Shown here: piece by piece, positions 1 through 13,123 of the stretch | Position numbering within the stretch: the stretch's first letter is position 1 | How the letters are laid out: each line of letters opens with the position of its first letter | Source: Neoechinorhynchus agilis | Taxonomy: Eukaryota > Animalia > Acanthocephala | NCBI GenBank assembly: GCA_051530055.1 | Contig: CM121341.1 | Location: 12,378,784 to 12,442,783 of the forward strand | Direction: 5' to 3' | Length of the DNA stretch: 64,000 nt | The notes under the pieces: model-generated | Database searches by the model: none | Told to the model about the DNA's origin: nothing | Seen by the model: only the letters and a program-made list of their open reading frames with translations | Position numbers and translations under genes: made by a program

Positions 1-538
1 TTTTTAGGTAGAGGAAAACGCAAATATCTCCGTTGTAAAGATTAATAACTGAGCTACGCGCCTGGGTGGTTTAATTCATCGCTCAGCGTTTTCCGGGTCA
101 CGGGTTCGATTCTAACCATAACGCTTGGTCAATTCGCTGTGATGACGCGTTTCCATGCACCACTCTGATTATCCGGTGAGGAATGTGGACTTTCTGAGCG
201 AACGACACAGTGTCCAACCTTTTGGTGTGTTTCAATCGTCGCCATATGTTGAGTGCAAAATTTCGACACCTTCAAGATATGGAATTTTCGTTTATTAAAC
301 TTTGCGAATTTTTAAAATGTGCATTTTTTACAATCTGAAGCCCAAGAAAAATTACACTTAAGTGCTGGGTCAATTTTAGCTCAATTTACGACGAAAACCA
401 TTTCAAAAGGAAAACAGATCGCAGGCGATTATCTCCCGCGAAATCTTTATCGTAAAATCACGTTCATATCGAGATTTGGTTTTTTTATCACACTAATGTA
501 ATTATTTTGCCTAATCTAAAATCGCTAATTTAGTTCAC

Positions 539-1662
539 TCATTTTATCCCCGCGATTTTTTTAGAATAATTTATTTTTTCAAAGCTTAGCATGCGATCAG
601 CGCGGTTTGTACATCTTTTGCCAAGCTTAAAAAATTGTCCAGATCATTTTAGATGGTTAAAAGGTGTACAAAGTTCTGTCTGGATTTGGGAATGCTCGGC
701 GAGGACGATTTTGATCTTTTGCTTCCTTCTGAATTTGATAGAGATCGTATTTCGAAATTGTAATTGTCAATATCAAGTTCTTCTCGGATATCACCACAAT
801 AGACATCCAACAAACTCCCGAAGCCTAAAATAATTGAGTTTTAAATTTAGAAAAGAGGTATAAGCACGTACAATCAAACAGGGTTTTTATCCCCGGACAA
901 TTAGAACAGTTATTCGCAACTCGGAATCGGTCCAGAAGGGTGTAGATGTCGCGATGTAGCAGATAAGGAAGTTCTGAGAGCCTTTTAAGCAATTTTCGAA
1001 TATTGATATTTCCTGGGGGGAAAGGAGCGGGTGGCATCACAACTTGCGCTTCGTAAGTTCTGTAGTAATGATCAAATGTCATTTGAATATGGGGCAGCTA
1101 AATTCATATAGCATAAAAACGGAACAAGATATATATCGAATACTTACGATTTCGTGAAATGGTCTTCCAGTTGAAATAGCATCTTGGTCGTACTGAGCAG
1201 ATTTAAGCACTGTGTGCAACATATCGCACATGTGACAAACCTTTGAACAAATTTTAGAACATTTTTAGCTTGCCAAGAATAACTTACTTTTATGTAAGCA
1301 GTCATTTTGCAAAGACAGACACTTATTCTTGTTTCATTTTCAGGAAATTCCTTCCTTAACGCATCCTCTAATTTTTTCAATGAATTTGCAATAGTATCTG
1401 CAGCACACTTAACAACAAAAATCATCTTTTCCATCAGACGGTTGTAGTCTTCGTCGTGGTTTCGAGTTGAAAAAATTATTTTAGTATGTGTTAACTGGTG
1501 TTTTCTTTTACGGCTCACGCTTTTCACTATTTGATCGGGGTTTTCCGACGTTAAATGATCACTTGCTGGTTTGGAAACGTTGTGACCGTTACTTCTCCTT
1601 GATTGTCTGCGTTTCTTAGGCATAGGTAGTAGTTTCTCCAACATTCGATATGCTCGCTTCAT
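539..1662 (-). CDS. Multi-exon protein-coding gene of unknown function (about 5 exons)
   Basis: ORFs 1144-1662 and 825-1082 plus flanking segments join in frame through four GT-AG introns of about 44-50 nt (...AYIK|VCHMCDMLH...FHEI|LPHIQMTF...LFD|CFGSLLDV...QNF|LGKRC...). No recognisable family. Confidence 0.55.
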
Positions 1663-4058
1663 TTTTATATCTGAAAATATTTTTTAGATCTAATAAATGA
1701 TTTAACGTGTAAAAACACAAAGACGCATCCTTCCAAGTAAAAGCATCATTAATTAGCACTTTTTCTATGAGCCTATCTTGGATTATGATTGGCTACAACG
1801 GTTGCATGGTGCAGGTGGGCACATTTATATTAAGAGGCGCTTTTATCTTCTCCAACCCCATTCCATGCTACAATCATTTGATAATTTATATTCTTGAATT
1901 GCTTTAAGCTAATTTCAAGTTATATAGGTACTATTTTCCCTTTTTAACAATAAAATTAGCGGATTTATGTGTACATCAACTTTGTCGATCAAAATAAATT
2001 AATGGCTTAAAAAAAAGCTGACAAACGGCCGGATGCTGAACAAGAATATAGAAATGCCCGATCCTTACCACGTGGGTGCTTTACACACCAAATTAATCAT
2101 ATTCTCCACAAGCATGTAATCGTTCTTATAAGAGTAGCTGCCGTTTGATTTGATTAATTACATCACCGCTCTTTGGGTTTAAAATCACTGAACATAATAC
2201 GAAATTAATTGCTCATCGATGGAGAAGTGAATAATCGAATTATATTTTACAGCAAGTGGCAATAAATCAGATAATAACATTTATTGCAACTTTCGAGTTA
2301 AATGTTAGCTAGCATTTGATTACCGAACTGGTCTTTCTGCCAAGATAACAGATCCTTCACGAGTCGGCTTTTCGTTTGATCACCGTCAGAATTGAGAAGA
2401 TTATGAGAATTCACTTTTATTATTTGGGCGGCCCCGATTGATCATTTTCGAAAATAATAATTAAATTTGTTGTTTTTGTCCGAGAAGAAAAGCAAGCTTG
2501 GAAATTCAATTATAAGGCCTTTGATTTAACAGCTGGATGCTAATATTTCGATCGGAATGCTCAAGCAATATGGACCTCCCTGAAGAGTATTTATTCCCTA
2601 CGGCAAACTTACACTCATTAGTCGCATTCCATTAGCCTAATAATATGTTTCGCCTGAAAGGATAAAGCATTTATATTTTTTTAACTAATTGATGTTTTGT
2701 ATATGATGCTCGATTGAGTAATCTTAAACCAGTTACGTATTCATATTTCCATTAAAGTGCAATGATTAAACACGACTTCTTAAATGCTCATCTTCACTTT
2801 TGAATATCTGATAGAAAAAGAAATACTTTCACTGTGCATAATAAATAAAAGGTTTAGCTCTAAAAATTAAATTGAGGAAAAACATACCAAGTTTGTTTCT
2901 CAAAAAAACAATGTTCAATTATGACAAAAATTCGCGGTAAAAAATGCACGGTAAGAGAACGAAACTGAAATTATTTTGGCGTCGACAGGATCAAATTCCA
3001 AATAACGTTTACAGGAAATGTGAGTAAGGTAAATATTTGGTAAAATTTTTAGGGCTCCAACGTAGTACTTTAAACATGATGACTGCTTCGAATCCTATAA
3101 CGAAACATTAAAAACGGAATTGTAGAAAATTATTTCCAAAAAAAATGGATACTGAATAGTGGGTTTGTTTAATAGTAGAAACCTTATTGTATTACTTTAT
3201 TTTTCATTGCTTATGAACTTCATAAACCACTTCGTACTCTTTGTCGTCGACTCGCCTCCTATGTCCACCAAATCGTCATCAATAATCAACTGTGGTAGAT
3301 CATTCGGCACTGTATCGAGTTCTGCGCCATACCTAAACAAGTGCAAGCCTAAAGACGCAGATCAAATCGATTTTCATGCCATTTCTTATCCCATTAGAAA
3401 ACTCATAACTTTCGATTGCGAGTCGCAGTTCATGTTAGTGAACTTTGGAAATACAAGTTCGAAATAACGTTGAAACGGATGTAAAGAACACACCAAATTT
3501 TTTGTGGTTGCTATCGGACAAAAATTGAAATCGAACGCCATTTAAACCTATTTGTTCATGACGAATAATAGTGGAAATTTTATATTTATGCAGCGTTCCA
3601 ATCAATTTTCCGCATCATTTTTGTCACTAATATGAAAATTGATAGCAAAACATGGGTTTTACATGAAATTTTGCATTTTTTAAAGCTTACGCTGATATTC
3701 CCTGTAGAAATTCCTGTTTTTTCGCTCTATTAATACAGCAACACAAGTACTAATTCTTATAAATAGGAGCCTTATTTGGACAAAGCGATGCTTAAATTTA
3801 ATTTTTAGTACAATCTGAAAGGCGGGCTACCCTAAATGGTTTTATACACTATGTCTTAATTTCGCTCAAACAAAATGCATTATAGTTTGAGGTATACAAC
3901 ATGCGGCATAGTAAAATATCTTCGTAGTTTAAGAAAATGACATTAACACTGGTTAGTGAAAAAAACTGCTTACATGACCGCTAGTTTCGACAGTTCGGCA
4001 TTGTTTGAGCGGATATGTATTCTGAGACCGTTAAACAGATCAGGAATTTTCCATAAGT

Positions 4059-7000
4059 TTAATTTCTTAATTTTTCTCTGAAAATAGTAAATGTAATCTT
4101 ATCGTATCTCTGCAAAAGTACGTCGGATACGCAAAGATCCAATAATTTAAACTTGCTTTGATATGCGAGTTCGAATCAATCGTTCCATTGTGTACCAATC
4201 CTGTTGACTTATAGATGGTCTCGGAAAATGGAGAGAGTAGTTCTTGAATAAATTGTAGGGAATATCGTTTTCAAGGGTATGAAGACATTTGTCGAAAGCA
4301 ATCGGATTGAGTTTATGTGAATCATTTTTCGATTGGCAAACGAGTAGCGCAAGTTTCTTATTTGGATTTGGCGAGTCGTACAAGTGGACGTCCGATTGAC
4401 AAAGGTCATCGTTAAACATTGCTATCTCGTAAGCATTTGGCATCTGTGGAAAATCTTTAATTATTGAACGGTAGAGACGGCCTTGTTGTGGGTACTCTCC
4501 AGAATCATCTAAATCAACCATTATTAGTAAAAATGTACAATTAAAAAACCCAGAAATCAACACTAGAATTCTTTGAGATTAATTTTTTTTAAATCTTTGC
4601 AATTGAGTCTAAGCAAAAAGATATTACATTTTGAAATCCTTGACTTACCGATAGTGAGTACAATTATTGTCAACTCGTCGCTTTTAATGATTGGACGTCT
4701 GACGTCGCCAATTACAAACTTCACGTTATCTGCAAATTCCTCTTCTTTCATCGAATGGACCGTGGTGACGTTTGTAAAGGTGGATTTTAGTAAGTTAGGA
4801 CAGTTTCTAGGAGCTTTCCTTATGCGATTCATTATCTATATTTTGGCATAATTAAGGCTTTTCTATATAATAAATTATACTCAAAATACCTTCGCTAATT
4901 GTCTATCAATTTTAATTTCATCCCTTGGATAGGCTCGTTTTTTTGGGGGCTTAGTAGGTAGCGTATTAACGCCCAAAATATCTGCAATAGATTTTTTAGA
5001 TCTTCTGTACACAACCCCCTCGAATTCGTATATATCACCGGCTTCTCCTTTTTCCCTTGTTTCAGCATCCTCATTGTGTCGATACTCATTTGACCATTGG
5101 CCATCTTCATTTGTGTGAACTATTTCGTCAAGGAAACGCCAACCTACAACGTCTTCATTTTTATCGCAATTCACTATATCCTCTAAAGACAGTGATTTCA
5201 GTGATGTCGCTTTTTATTTACGTTTATATTCCTATTTAAATATTTGTAACAATGATTCTTATTATGCTCAATTGTTACAATTCGTAGTATACGACTGTTG
5301 CTTATGTCAAAATACTACCATTTAATAAAATAATACCAGCTTTAAAACACGTACATACAGTAGTCTGAATTATTGATATTTCGCATACAAACTCAATGGT
5401 AAATTGGAATTATAAGTATCATCCGTTTCATCTCATTTAAAAAAGTGGAATAAGTAAAAGAGTTGCACTTAAGTTAAAATTATCAAGAGATTTAAGTTTG
5501 ATAAATACTAATTGGTGAGTCGCTAATATCGACATTATTGCAATCATTCGTGCAACTTAAGGTAACTGATTTTAAATTCCTTTGGGTGAACTATATAAAA
5601 AGTTTTTTATGTATTAAATATCACAAATACTGTTTCTTTTACCACCAAGCTAATGCTACATCCTTTATTTCGAATCTGCAGTGAGAGGCTTAGAAGTTGT
5701 TCCTCGAAACAGCGAAACTATCACTTTAAGATACTGAGCGAAAGACGACAAAAATCATATGAAAATTTAAAAGAAAATTAAATTTAACCATCTAAATTTC
5801 AAATTATACAAAGAAACTGTAAAACAAGATACAAATTTGCATGTGAATTCTGCGTCCATATAAAATGCACCAATTAGTATTTATCAAAATTTCATACTTA
5901 TTTACCCTTGTTTAATATATGTAAACAATAAGTCTCGTGATAATTTTAACTTAAGTTATAACTTCAAATTAAAATAAAAGCCATAAAGCAAACACAAGGA
6001 TTTACCTAGACCACATTCTATCATTGCTCGAATTTCACCATCAGACACGCTACTTAAATCCTTTGTACCGCGTAAAACTTTATCACTGAGCTCTAACTTT
6101 GCGTTAGCCCTCTTCAGTATTATCTGTTCAACCGTTCGTGCACCAATGAGTCGGATAATCTTTACACGCCTACACAAATGATGCTTAAAGCATTAATCAG
6201 CCGAAGGTTTCAACGTACTTCGTTTGACCGATTCGGTGGCATCTAGCAGCAGCCTGAAGATCGTTTTGTGGATTAAAGTCAATATCAAGAAATATGACAG
6301 TATCTGCTGCAATCAAATTTAACCCAGTACCACCAGCTCGTGTACTAAGCAGAAAAAAGCTTATGTCATGACGGTCGTTGAAGTTTTTAATGCTGACAAA
6401 ACGCTCTTCTGCTCGAATTGATCCATCTAATCGTTCGTAAGAAAATCCTCGAAGTTCCATGTAGTCTTGTACAATATCGAGCATTGATGTATACCGCCGG
6501 ATTCTCTTTAAAGAGATTTTACGAACATATGTTACATTTTACGGGCGGGAGCAAGAAAGTAAATAATTTAAGCAGTCCATTGTTTTAAAAAGTTAAACTA
6601 GAATAGAAATTAATTCATATTTTCTAGATACTATCCAATTGTTCCTTCGAGTGGATGTGTATTCTCAATGGCGAATTGTTACACACTCGAGAAAAATTTC
6701 GTGCTTGGGAAAGGAGGCTGAGGCCTTGAAAATTCGCAAGATTGATTTCAATAAAACTCGAGTGTGTAACAATTCGCCATTGAGAATTTTCTAGATAAAT
6801 ATGAAAAAGAACTCGTTGCTTAACCGATCACAAAACTGATGAAACGATTGACTATTTATGTCACTGTTCTACTTTTAAACTTACGAAGAAATTATTTAAA
6901 ATATATTTAAAAACATTTCGCACAGTACAAACACACGAATGACTTAATTAGCAATATGATTGGACAACAATATAACAACGTGATCAAATTCTGACGCTCT

Positions 7001-8514
7001 GGAACGTTTGCTGCATTTGTACAATCATTTTACAAGTGCAAGTGTTCCAAATGATTTTTAAAAATGAAATTAAGAATGGATGTATGTTATAGCAAGAAAA
7101 TCTACAGCGGCTTAAACTGTGAGAATATTAAGCATTTGTGTTTGTGCTTCAGAATATAATTCAACATTCTGTCAAGAATAATCATTTTTGCGCTTGAACG
7201 AACGAGATGTTCACCAGTGGTAAACGGTTCTGGTTCTACGCCTTTAACGAAAATACCTGATTCTGGTAATATTAAGATTGTTAACTGACCTTTAAATAGG
7301 TAGGGATGAAGAACACATTTTCGCAACTGTGTGAGTATATGAGAAAGTGAATTGGACTGACAAAGTCCCGATAGAACTCCGATGTTCTTTTTTAAAATGT
7401 TTAGATAAAGATTTCTTTGAAGTTCAGTAAGTCCATGAGTTATGACAATCTCCGATTTATCCACCATTTTGAGACTATCTCCAATCTGTGCTTTTGTGCG
7501 CCTTAGCATGAACGCACTCAGGACACATTTGAGTTCGTCATCTTGTAAATTCTTGAGGTGATCGCTACTGTTGAACACTTGCGCCGAGCACAATCTAAGC
7601 AGTGAAAAAAGTTCATCCAGGTTGTTCTGTATAGGTGTGCCGGTCATGAGAAGCTTAAATTTCGAATTCAGATTAAACGCGATTGTGTGAATTTGAGACT
7701 TTTGGTTCTTAAGTCTATGAGCCTCGTCGAAAATTATAACCGTCCATTCTTTTCCAAGAAACGTTTTCGTTCGTAGAACAATCTTTTAATTAAATTTGAA
7801 GATTGATACATGGCTAAGTTGGAAAAATACTTACGTCGTATGTTGTGAGGAGAACATCTTTGTTAATTGAATTAAATTCGCTTATTGAATTGTAACGTTC
7901 ATCGCTATCGCCACAAACTGTTGTTACAGTTAAATGCGGAGCTATTCTAAATGCGAGTCGTTGTCAAACAAAAGATATTAATAAGACATAAAATGATGAT
8001 ATTGATATCTTTTCGCATTTGAATATTTTTAAGGAGGAATAAGATTAATCTTGTAGAACTTTTAAACTAAAAAATATCATCACTCGATATTGCTGAAAAA
8101 TAACCAAATATCAATTTAATTGCTGCCTCGACATATAGGAAACTGAAATTACACTTCAGCTCTCTTACTTTTGAATTTCAGTTCGCCAATGATTTAGAAC
8201 ACTTAAGGGACAGACGATAAGCGCACTTTTGAGACGAGCTTTTGTTTTTAAATAAACTAGAAAACCAATGGATGTACAGGTTTTTCCGAGCCCCATTTCA
8301 TCCGCAAGTATACATCCATGGGGAGCATTGAACCTTTGCAGCAGAAACTCAACAGCTTCAAGTTGATAAGCTCGAAGAGTGACACCTATAGTGAAATTCG
8401 CTTCTGAGAAAATGGGAACTTTGAACTTGGATTACCTTTTAGGCTTTCTATCTCACGAATCGCTTCGATCGGTTCGTATCGATGTTCAGACATTTTATAC
8501 AAAATATTGCTCAT
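4059..8514 (-). CDS. CHD1L: CHD1L/ALC1 SNF2-family chromatin remodeller with C-terminal macro domain (multi-exon)
   Basis: Exons encode LRAYQLEAV...[13 protein letters not shown] (motif I), [51 protein letters not shown]...[11 protein letters not shown], linker IYEFEGVVY and macro domain VIGDVRRP...DDSG...WYTMERLIR, matching the ALC1 architecture. Confidence 0.92.
6661..6787. mobile_element. MITE-like element, perfect 31-bp inverted repeats, in a CHD1L intron
   Basis: 6661-6691 ATTCTCAATGGCGAATTGTTACACACTCGAG is the exact reverse complement of 6757-6787, with a 65-bp spacer. The 11-bp direct repeat TTTTCTAGATA occurs at 6620-6630 and 6787-6797. Confidence 0.7.
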
Positions 8515-8935
8515 TTCAATAAATCTAAAATTTTTGGCGACCTGTGTAGTCGATTACACCCAGTAACGAGGTAAAAGGGCCGTTGGTTTTTTAACTACCG
8601 TTTTCCGCTCAGCACTTAAAAGTGTCGTAAAAACTTACAAACAATGACTAATGAGCCGAAGCTTCCTCGCAAAATATCTCAATAAAATATTTTATATTCG
8701 GAATTATGATCGCAACACCTAAAATTCTCATTTCTAACGATTTTCTCTTGATAAATCCGTTTGCTCTTTAAAATTGACTCGACGAATTTGTCTTCATTTC
8801 TTCCCTAATCATCGACTAAATAAGCCCACCGGTGAGAATGTCCGTGGATCGAAGAAATCACCTTAATAAATCAAAAGAAAATACGGTCGTATAACCTTAA
8901 TTTAAGGAAGCATTTGAATTGTTTTCTTTTTGGAA

Positions 8936-9070
8936 AGGTATTTCGTCCCCTTTGGTTATGAGTAATCAACGATCTCGTGGAATCGAACCCATCCAGATTC
9001 AGGGCTAAATTCCACTTTACCTGTTACCGTATACATCTGAGTCTAAGTGATTCAATCACTTCTCTAATGC
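8936..9070 (+). repeat. Internally deleted copy of the foldback repeat family at 18826-19175
   Basis: Shares AGGTATTT.GTCCCCTTTGGTTATGAGTAATC... with the reverse strand of about 18975-19070, and TTACCGTAT.CATCTGAGTCTAAGTGATTCAATCACTTCTC with about 19129-19169. Confidence 0.7.
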
Positions 9071-9509
9071 AGGAGATCGGTATGGCTTCATGCCAAAAAA
9101 CCGAGGAAGGGATGCAGTATTTGATCATGTCGACGAAAACCTGCTTGCTCAACCGCATGTTGATCAGTTGATGGATGGTCGACTGAATTCTTAACCGCAT
9201 GTTATTCTTTTGACTATCCTTATTACCGCAAGTAAAGCGATTGAAAACAAATGTTTATTTTGGATCGGTATTTCAGAGCTTTATTCCTTCTTTAGAGTAA
9301 GGAATAGCACACGCGATCTACAATATGATTTTCAATTGGTCGTTTCGCAATCTTGGTGCTGTAAGTGAAAAAGCTTAAAACCTCGACTGATGCCGATAAT
9401 AAAATGATGTTTTGAACGCAAGCGCAAATCGGATTTAATCTAATTGACGAAGCAAATCAATGCATTGACAGTCACTGTACTCCGTTTTCGCTTTCTATTG
9501 CGAGTATCG

Positions 9510-10230
9510 TCAGAGGAAGATATCCCACCTGTACACCCTCGTCGAATAATACTACCTCGACAACCGTATCACCCACTATGCAAATCTCGGTAATCGACGT
9601 TTGAAATCTTACGCTACCTCGAGTGTTAGGTTTTTTAAAATGTGCGATTCAGTTGACGACAATGAGTCTGATAATGGTCGGATTGAGGCAGAATTGGCTG
9701 TCACCATAAAATATCTGAAGATGCTAGACGATGACACTAAACCAATGAACCCAATACTCATCACTTGCGAACATGAAAATGTTATTTCGCAACTTCGAAG
9801 ATCCAAAAAATGCTCAGACAGTGTTCCGAGAATCACGGAAACCGACTGTCTTATAATGTATTCACCGGGGAACTTTCTTAACCAAAGAAAAAATGGGTTT
9901 AGTCCAAGGGAGTCAAAAGCTCTACAGGCTCCTGTTTCAAGCCGAAAACTCACGAAAAGTCCGAACTTGTTGGTTTATGGAAATAAGGAACAAATCAGCG
10001 CTCCAATGACACATAAATGCGATTTACGTGAATGCTCACTCAAAATGAGGGAGAGTGACGACGAAGAAAGGAAAATTGATCGTTCTGCAGTAACCAACGC
10101 TGTGATGACCGATTGGAAATCCGTGCAAATAATCAAAAAGACACTGAAAGTGAAGTCTGGAACGAATGACGCGGTAGAACGTGTGGAGAATAGCAGGAAG
10201 TTCAAATCGACACTGATTACAGATTTGTAG
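9510..10230 (+). CDS. Putative protein-coding gene, unknown function
   Basis: 209-codon open frame 9601-10230. An upstream segment joins in frame through a 40-nt GT-AG intron (9590-9629). No recognised domain. Confidence 0.4.
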
Positions 10231-11449
10231 ACGATTCGCGATTGATTTTTCGTTCGTTTCTGTGTACTCTCATGGAAAAGAATTGTGATTAAAACATTAG
10301 ACCGATTTATTGCTTGCATATATATTTCAAACATTTTAAAAAAAATCGCTTAAGAAGTCCATCGTCGAAATGTTATTTATCTTTTCTCGTATTTAGATTC
10401 CACAAAAAAATTACGTACAAATGCACGTTGAACTTGTGATCCATTTATTCCAATAACTCGTTTTTACGGGCATTACTGGTTAAAAATCATGGTAAATTAT
10501 TCACCTGATCAGATTTCAGATTTTTTATAATCGAGAGCACTTTTTTAAGCGAATATTACAACAGAGTAAACGAAAGTAATTTAATTTCCGATGATCACCA
10601 GTCACAATCGTTGCATTAAATAATCTCAGAGTAAAGCCGTTTGTTTCATATAATTTGCGCTACAGTAAATCTATTGGTACCGAGGCAACAAATTATATTT
10701 CTTGCAAAGTGACTATGTCAACTATTGGCTGCAGTCACTCATTCGCAGTAACCTTTGGCTATTCAAATTAAATGTTTTGATAAGTCATTTCGCAGTTAGT
10801 GGAAGTGTTAGCTATTTTGCAGTGTGTCGACGCAACAATATCATTGTATTGTTTCAGTGAATAAGCTGATTTGCACGGAAAAAATGCTTGATTGCTGAGA
10901 ATATACTCGCAAATATATTTATATGGAATTTGGCAATTCAAAATCTGGAGAACGTGGGCGCATAAATGTAGACCCGAACTTTCATAGTAGAAAACTTATA
11001 TGCAATTCTGAAGTAGTTCCACGTATATGACGAAATATTAAACAAATTAAACCATTTTTTATTTCGCCTTACCAAAAACAATCTATGGATAACAACATCC
11101 TTACAGTATATTTAGCACTTGGATTTCGAAAAGTCTCTTAATTTGATGATAAAGGGTCATTTCCCAATGAAAAACACTATCATTTATATTATTGTTTAGG
11201 TCTTCACCCGGTAAATATTTTTTTATTAAAAGCGTTTCGAACTTCGTCGGATTCATGCGCGCCTTTTAATAACCAAAACTGATGACGAACCAGACGAAGT
11301 TTGAAACGCTTTTAAACCATATAACCCGGTACTTCAAATATCGACACAATCATTTTTTTTCGGTGAATAACTGTCGGATATTTGTTTCAATGCTGAAATT
11401 TTTTTATTTCCGAGTAAAAATAAGGTCAAGTTATTCTAAATACAGGGAA

Positions 11450-11671
11450 TTATTTGATGGGCCATTTCGTGCCCGAAATGCGGCTCATAAGAGCAACTTG
11501 TCCCATAGAGTTTCAGGAGCCGGTAAAGTGGCGAAAAAAGCGGAAGATCTAAAAAGAACGAAATACAAATGCCTTGATCCATCGCTCTACATTTTCAAAC
11601 CTATCGCCATTGAGACAACTATTGCCACCGCAGAATTTTTAACCAAGGACTTTGAGCGTTTGAAATTATAA
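11450..11671 (+). mobile_element. Relic of a non-LTR retrotransposon restriction-like endonuclease (RLE) C-terminus
   Basis: VSGAGKVAKKAEDLKRTKYKCLDPSLYIFKPIAIET resembles the AG.AA..AE..K..KY..L...F.P.A.ET motif of RLE-type (CRE/NeSL-like) LINEs. No RT is present nearby. Confidence 0.65.
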
Positions 11672-13123
11672 TGAAGGATAAATTGCCTACATTGTTAAAT
11701 ACTTCAGAAAATTTTATAAATACGAAATTTAGCTTTTAAGAACTAATTGCGGATTTTTAAGGAATTAAAATTATTAAAATTAATCAACGTATAATTCTTG
11801 AATTAATACCACGAATGTCGCATGCAAAAAATCGAAATTGGTGGGGGCGAACACCACAATAGTGCGGTTCGCTCTGAGTTTGTGGGCAGAATAATCGAAT
11901 CGATTTAATCACTTTACTGAAAAGAAGGTCGACCTCGAATTACTGCCATTAACTCTTAAGCTGAAAACTTGATGTACAATTGAAGGTTGCGATGCAACAA
12001 AATAAGGCTTTTGGAACTTCGAAAACAAGATGTATGTCAGATTTTGTTGATGTTTAATTTGAAAAAGTTTTCACGATGCAACAAAAAATAAAAGATGTAG
12101 ATACCCCTTCCTCAGTAAATATCTTCTAAAGCAAGATTTTAGTTATAAAGCCATAAGAAGTTTTATGAGATGAACTCATCGAGAAACACTGCTATTTAGT
12201 TTTCACCTAGTCTGATGTTGGTAACGCTGACCACAATTAAATAACTCCTGTCTTAAAGAGCATCGTTTGTTCTCTATTAATGACTTTCTGGATCGATTAT
12301 TGAAGGCAGCGATCGTGCTAACATTGAGAAGCCTACTTGTCCTTTAGTAATTATCCCCAATACCCAACTTCAATTAAGTATTTTTTCAGTTATTCAGGAA
12401 AGCAAATTTCGATCATTTTCTAGATAATCGTTAAAAACAGTTACATGGGCACATGCAAAAGAGTTTAAAGCGTAATTAAATTTGTTGGGATCCATATTCT
12501 CCTACAGGATGTTCAAAAAGTTTAATAACAATAGACATTTCAACATAGTTTACGGCTAAAATATACAACATGTAGACTACTCTTACATATATTTTGTTGT
12601 GTATTCGGAATGTGGAGCAAAAATTCTGATGGATTGAACTTAAGTCAAGGCTACAACCAATTACCTCAATAACAATGGCATCGTGTTTCTTTTCAAAGGT
12701 CCAAAATTACGAATTTTTAAACAGACACTTCTGGAAAATTAAAAACGAGTTGCAATTTTTTTCTGAGAAAACTGCAAGATTAGATCAAAGTTCAATGCTA
12801 CCGAATACGATTCTATGACCAGAGTAATGACTATTTCAACGCCTCGCAGATTACAATCAAATCATTTCTTTATCGATTTGTTTTCGTTACATTCTTTGTA
12901 GCGTGAGGCAAAAATCAGCAAACCATGATTTCTATCGTCAAAAAGTCCTAAAAGAGTTTCTCTAAAAGGATATTGCGATTTTTTACACCGTGACTACCAT
13001 CGAACCCAACTTAGGCTCCGTTGCTGTCAAAGATGCTTGTACGCAGAATGATTCACTGCTTTCTTCGCACTCTCACTGGTTTTATGCTCTGAAATTAAAA
13101 ATTGCACTTCTATTAAAAAACAA

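Noticed and set aside
60-125. tRNA/SINE-like B-box (GTTCGATTC at about 104-112)
   Set aside because: No convincing A-box or cloverleaf; at most a SINE fragment.
2300-3650. Coding-like minus-strand segments (e.g. YGAELDTVPNDLPQLIIDDDLVDIGG...)
   Set aside because: Could not be assembled into a consistent gene or assigned a family. The plus-strand ORF 3159-3467 is probably its shadow.
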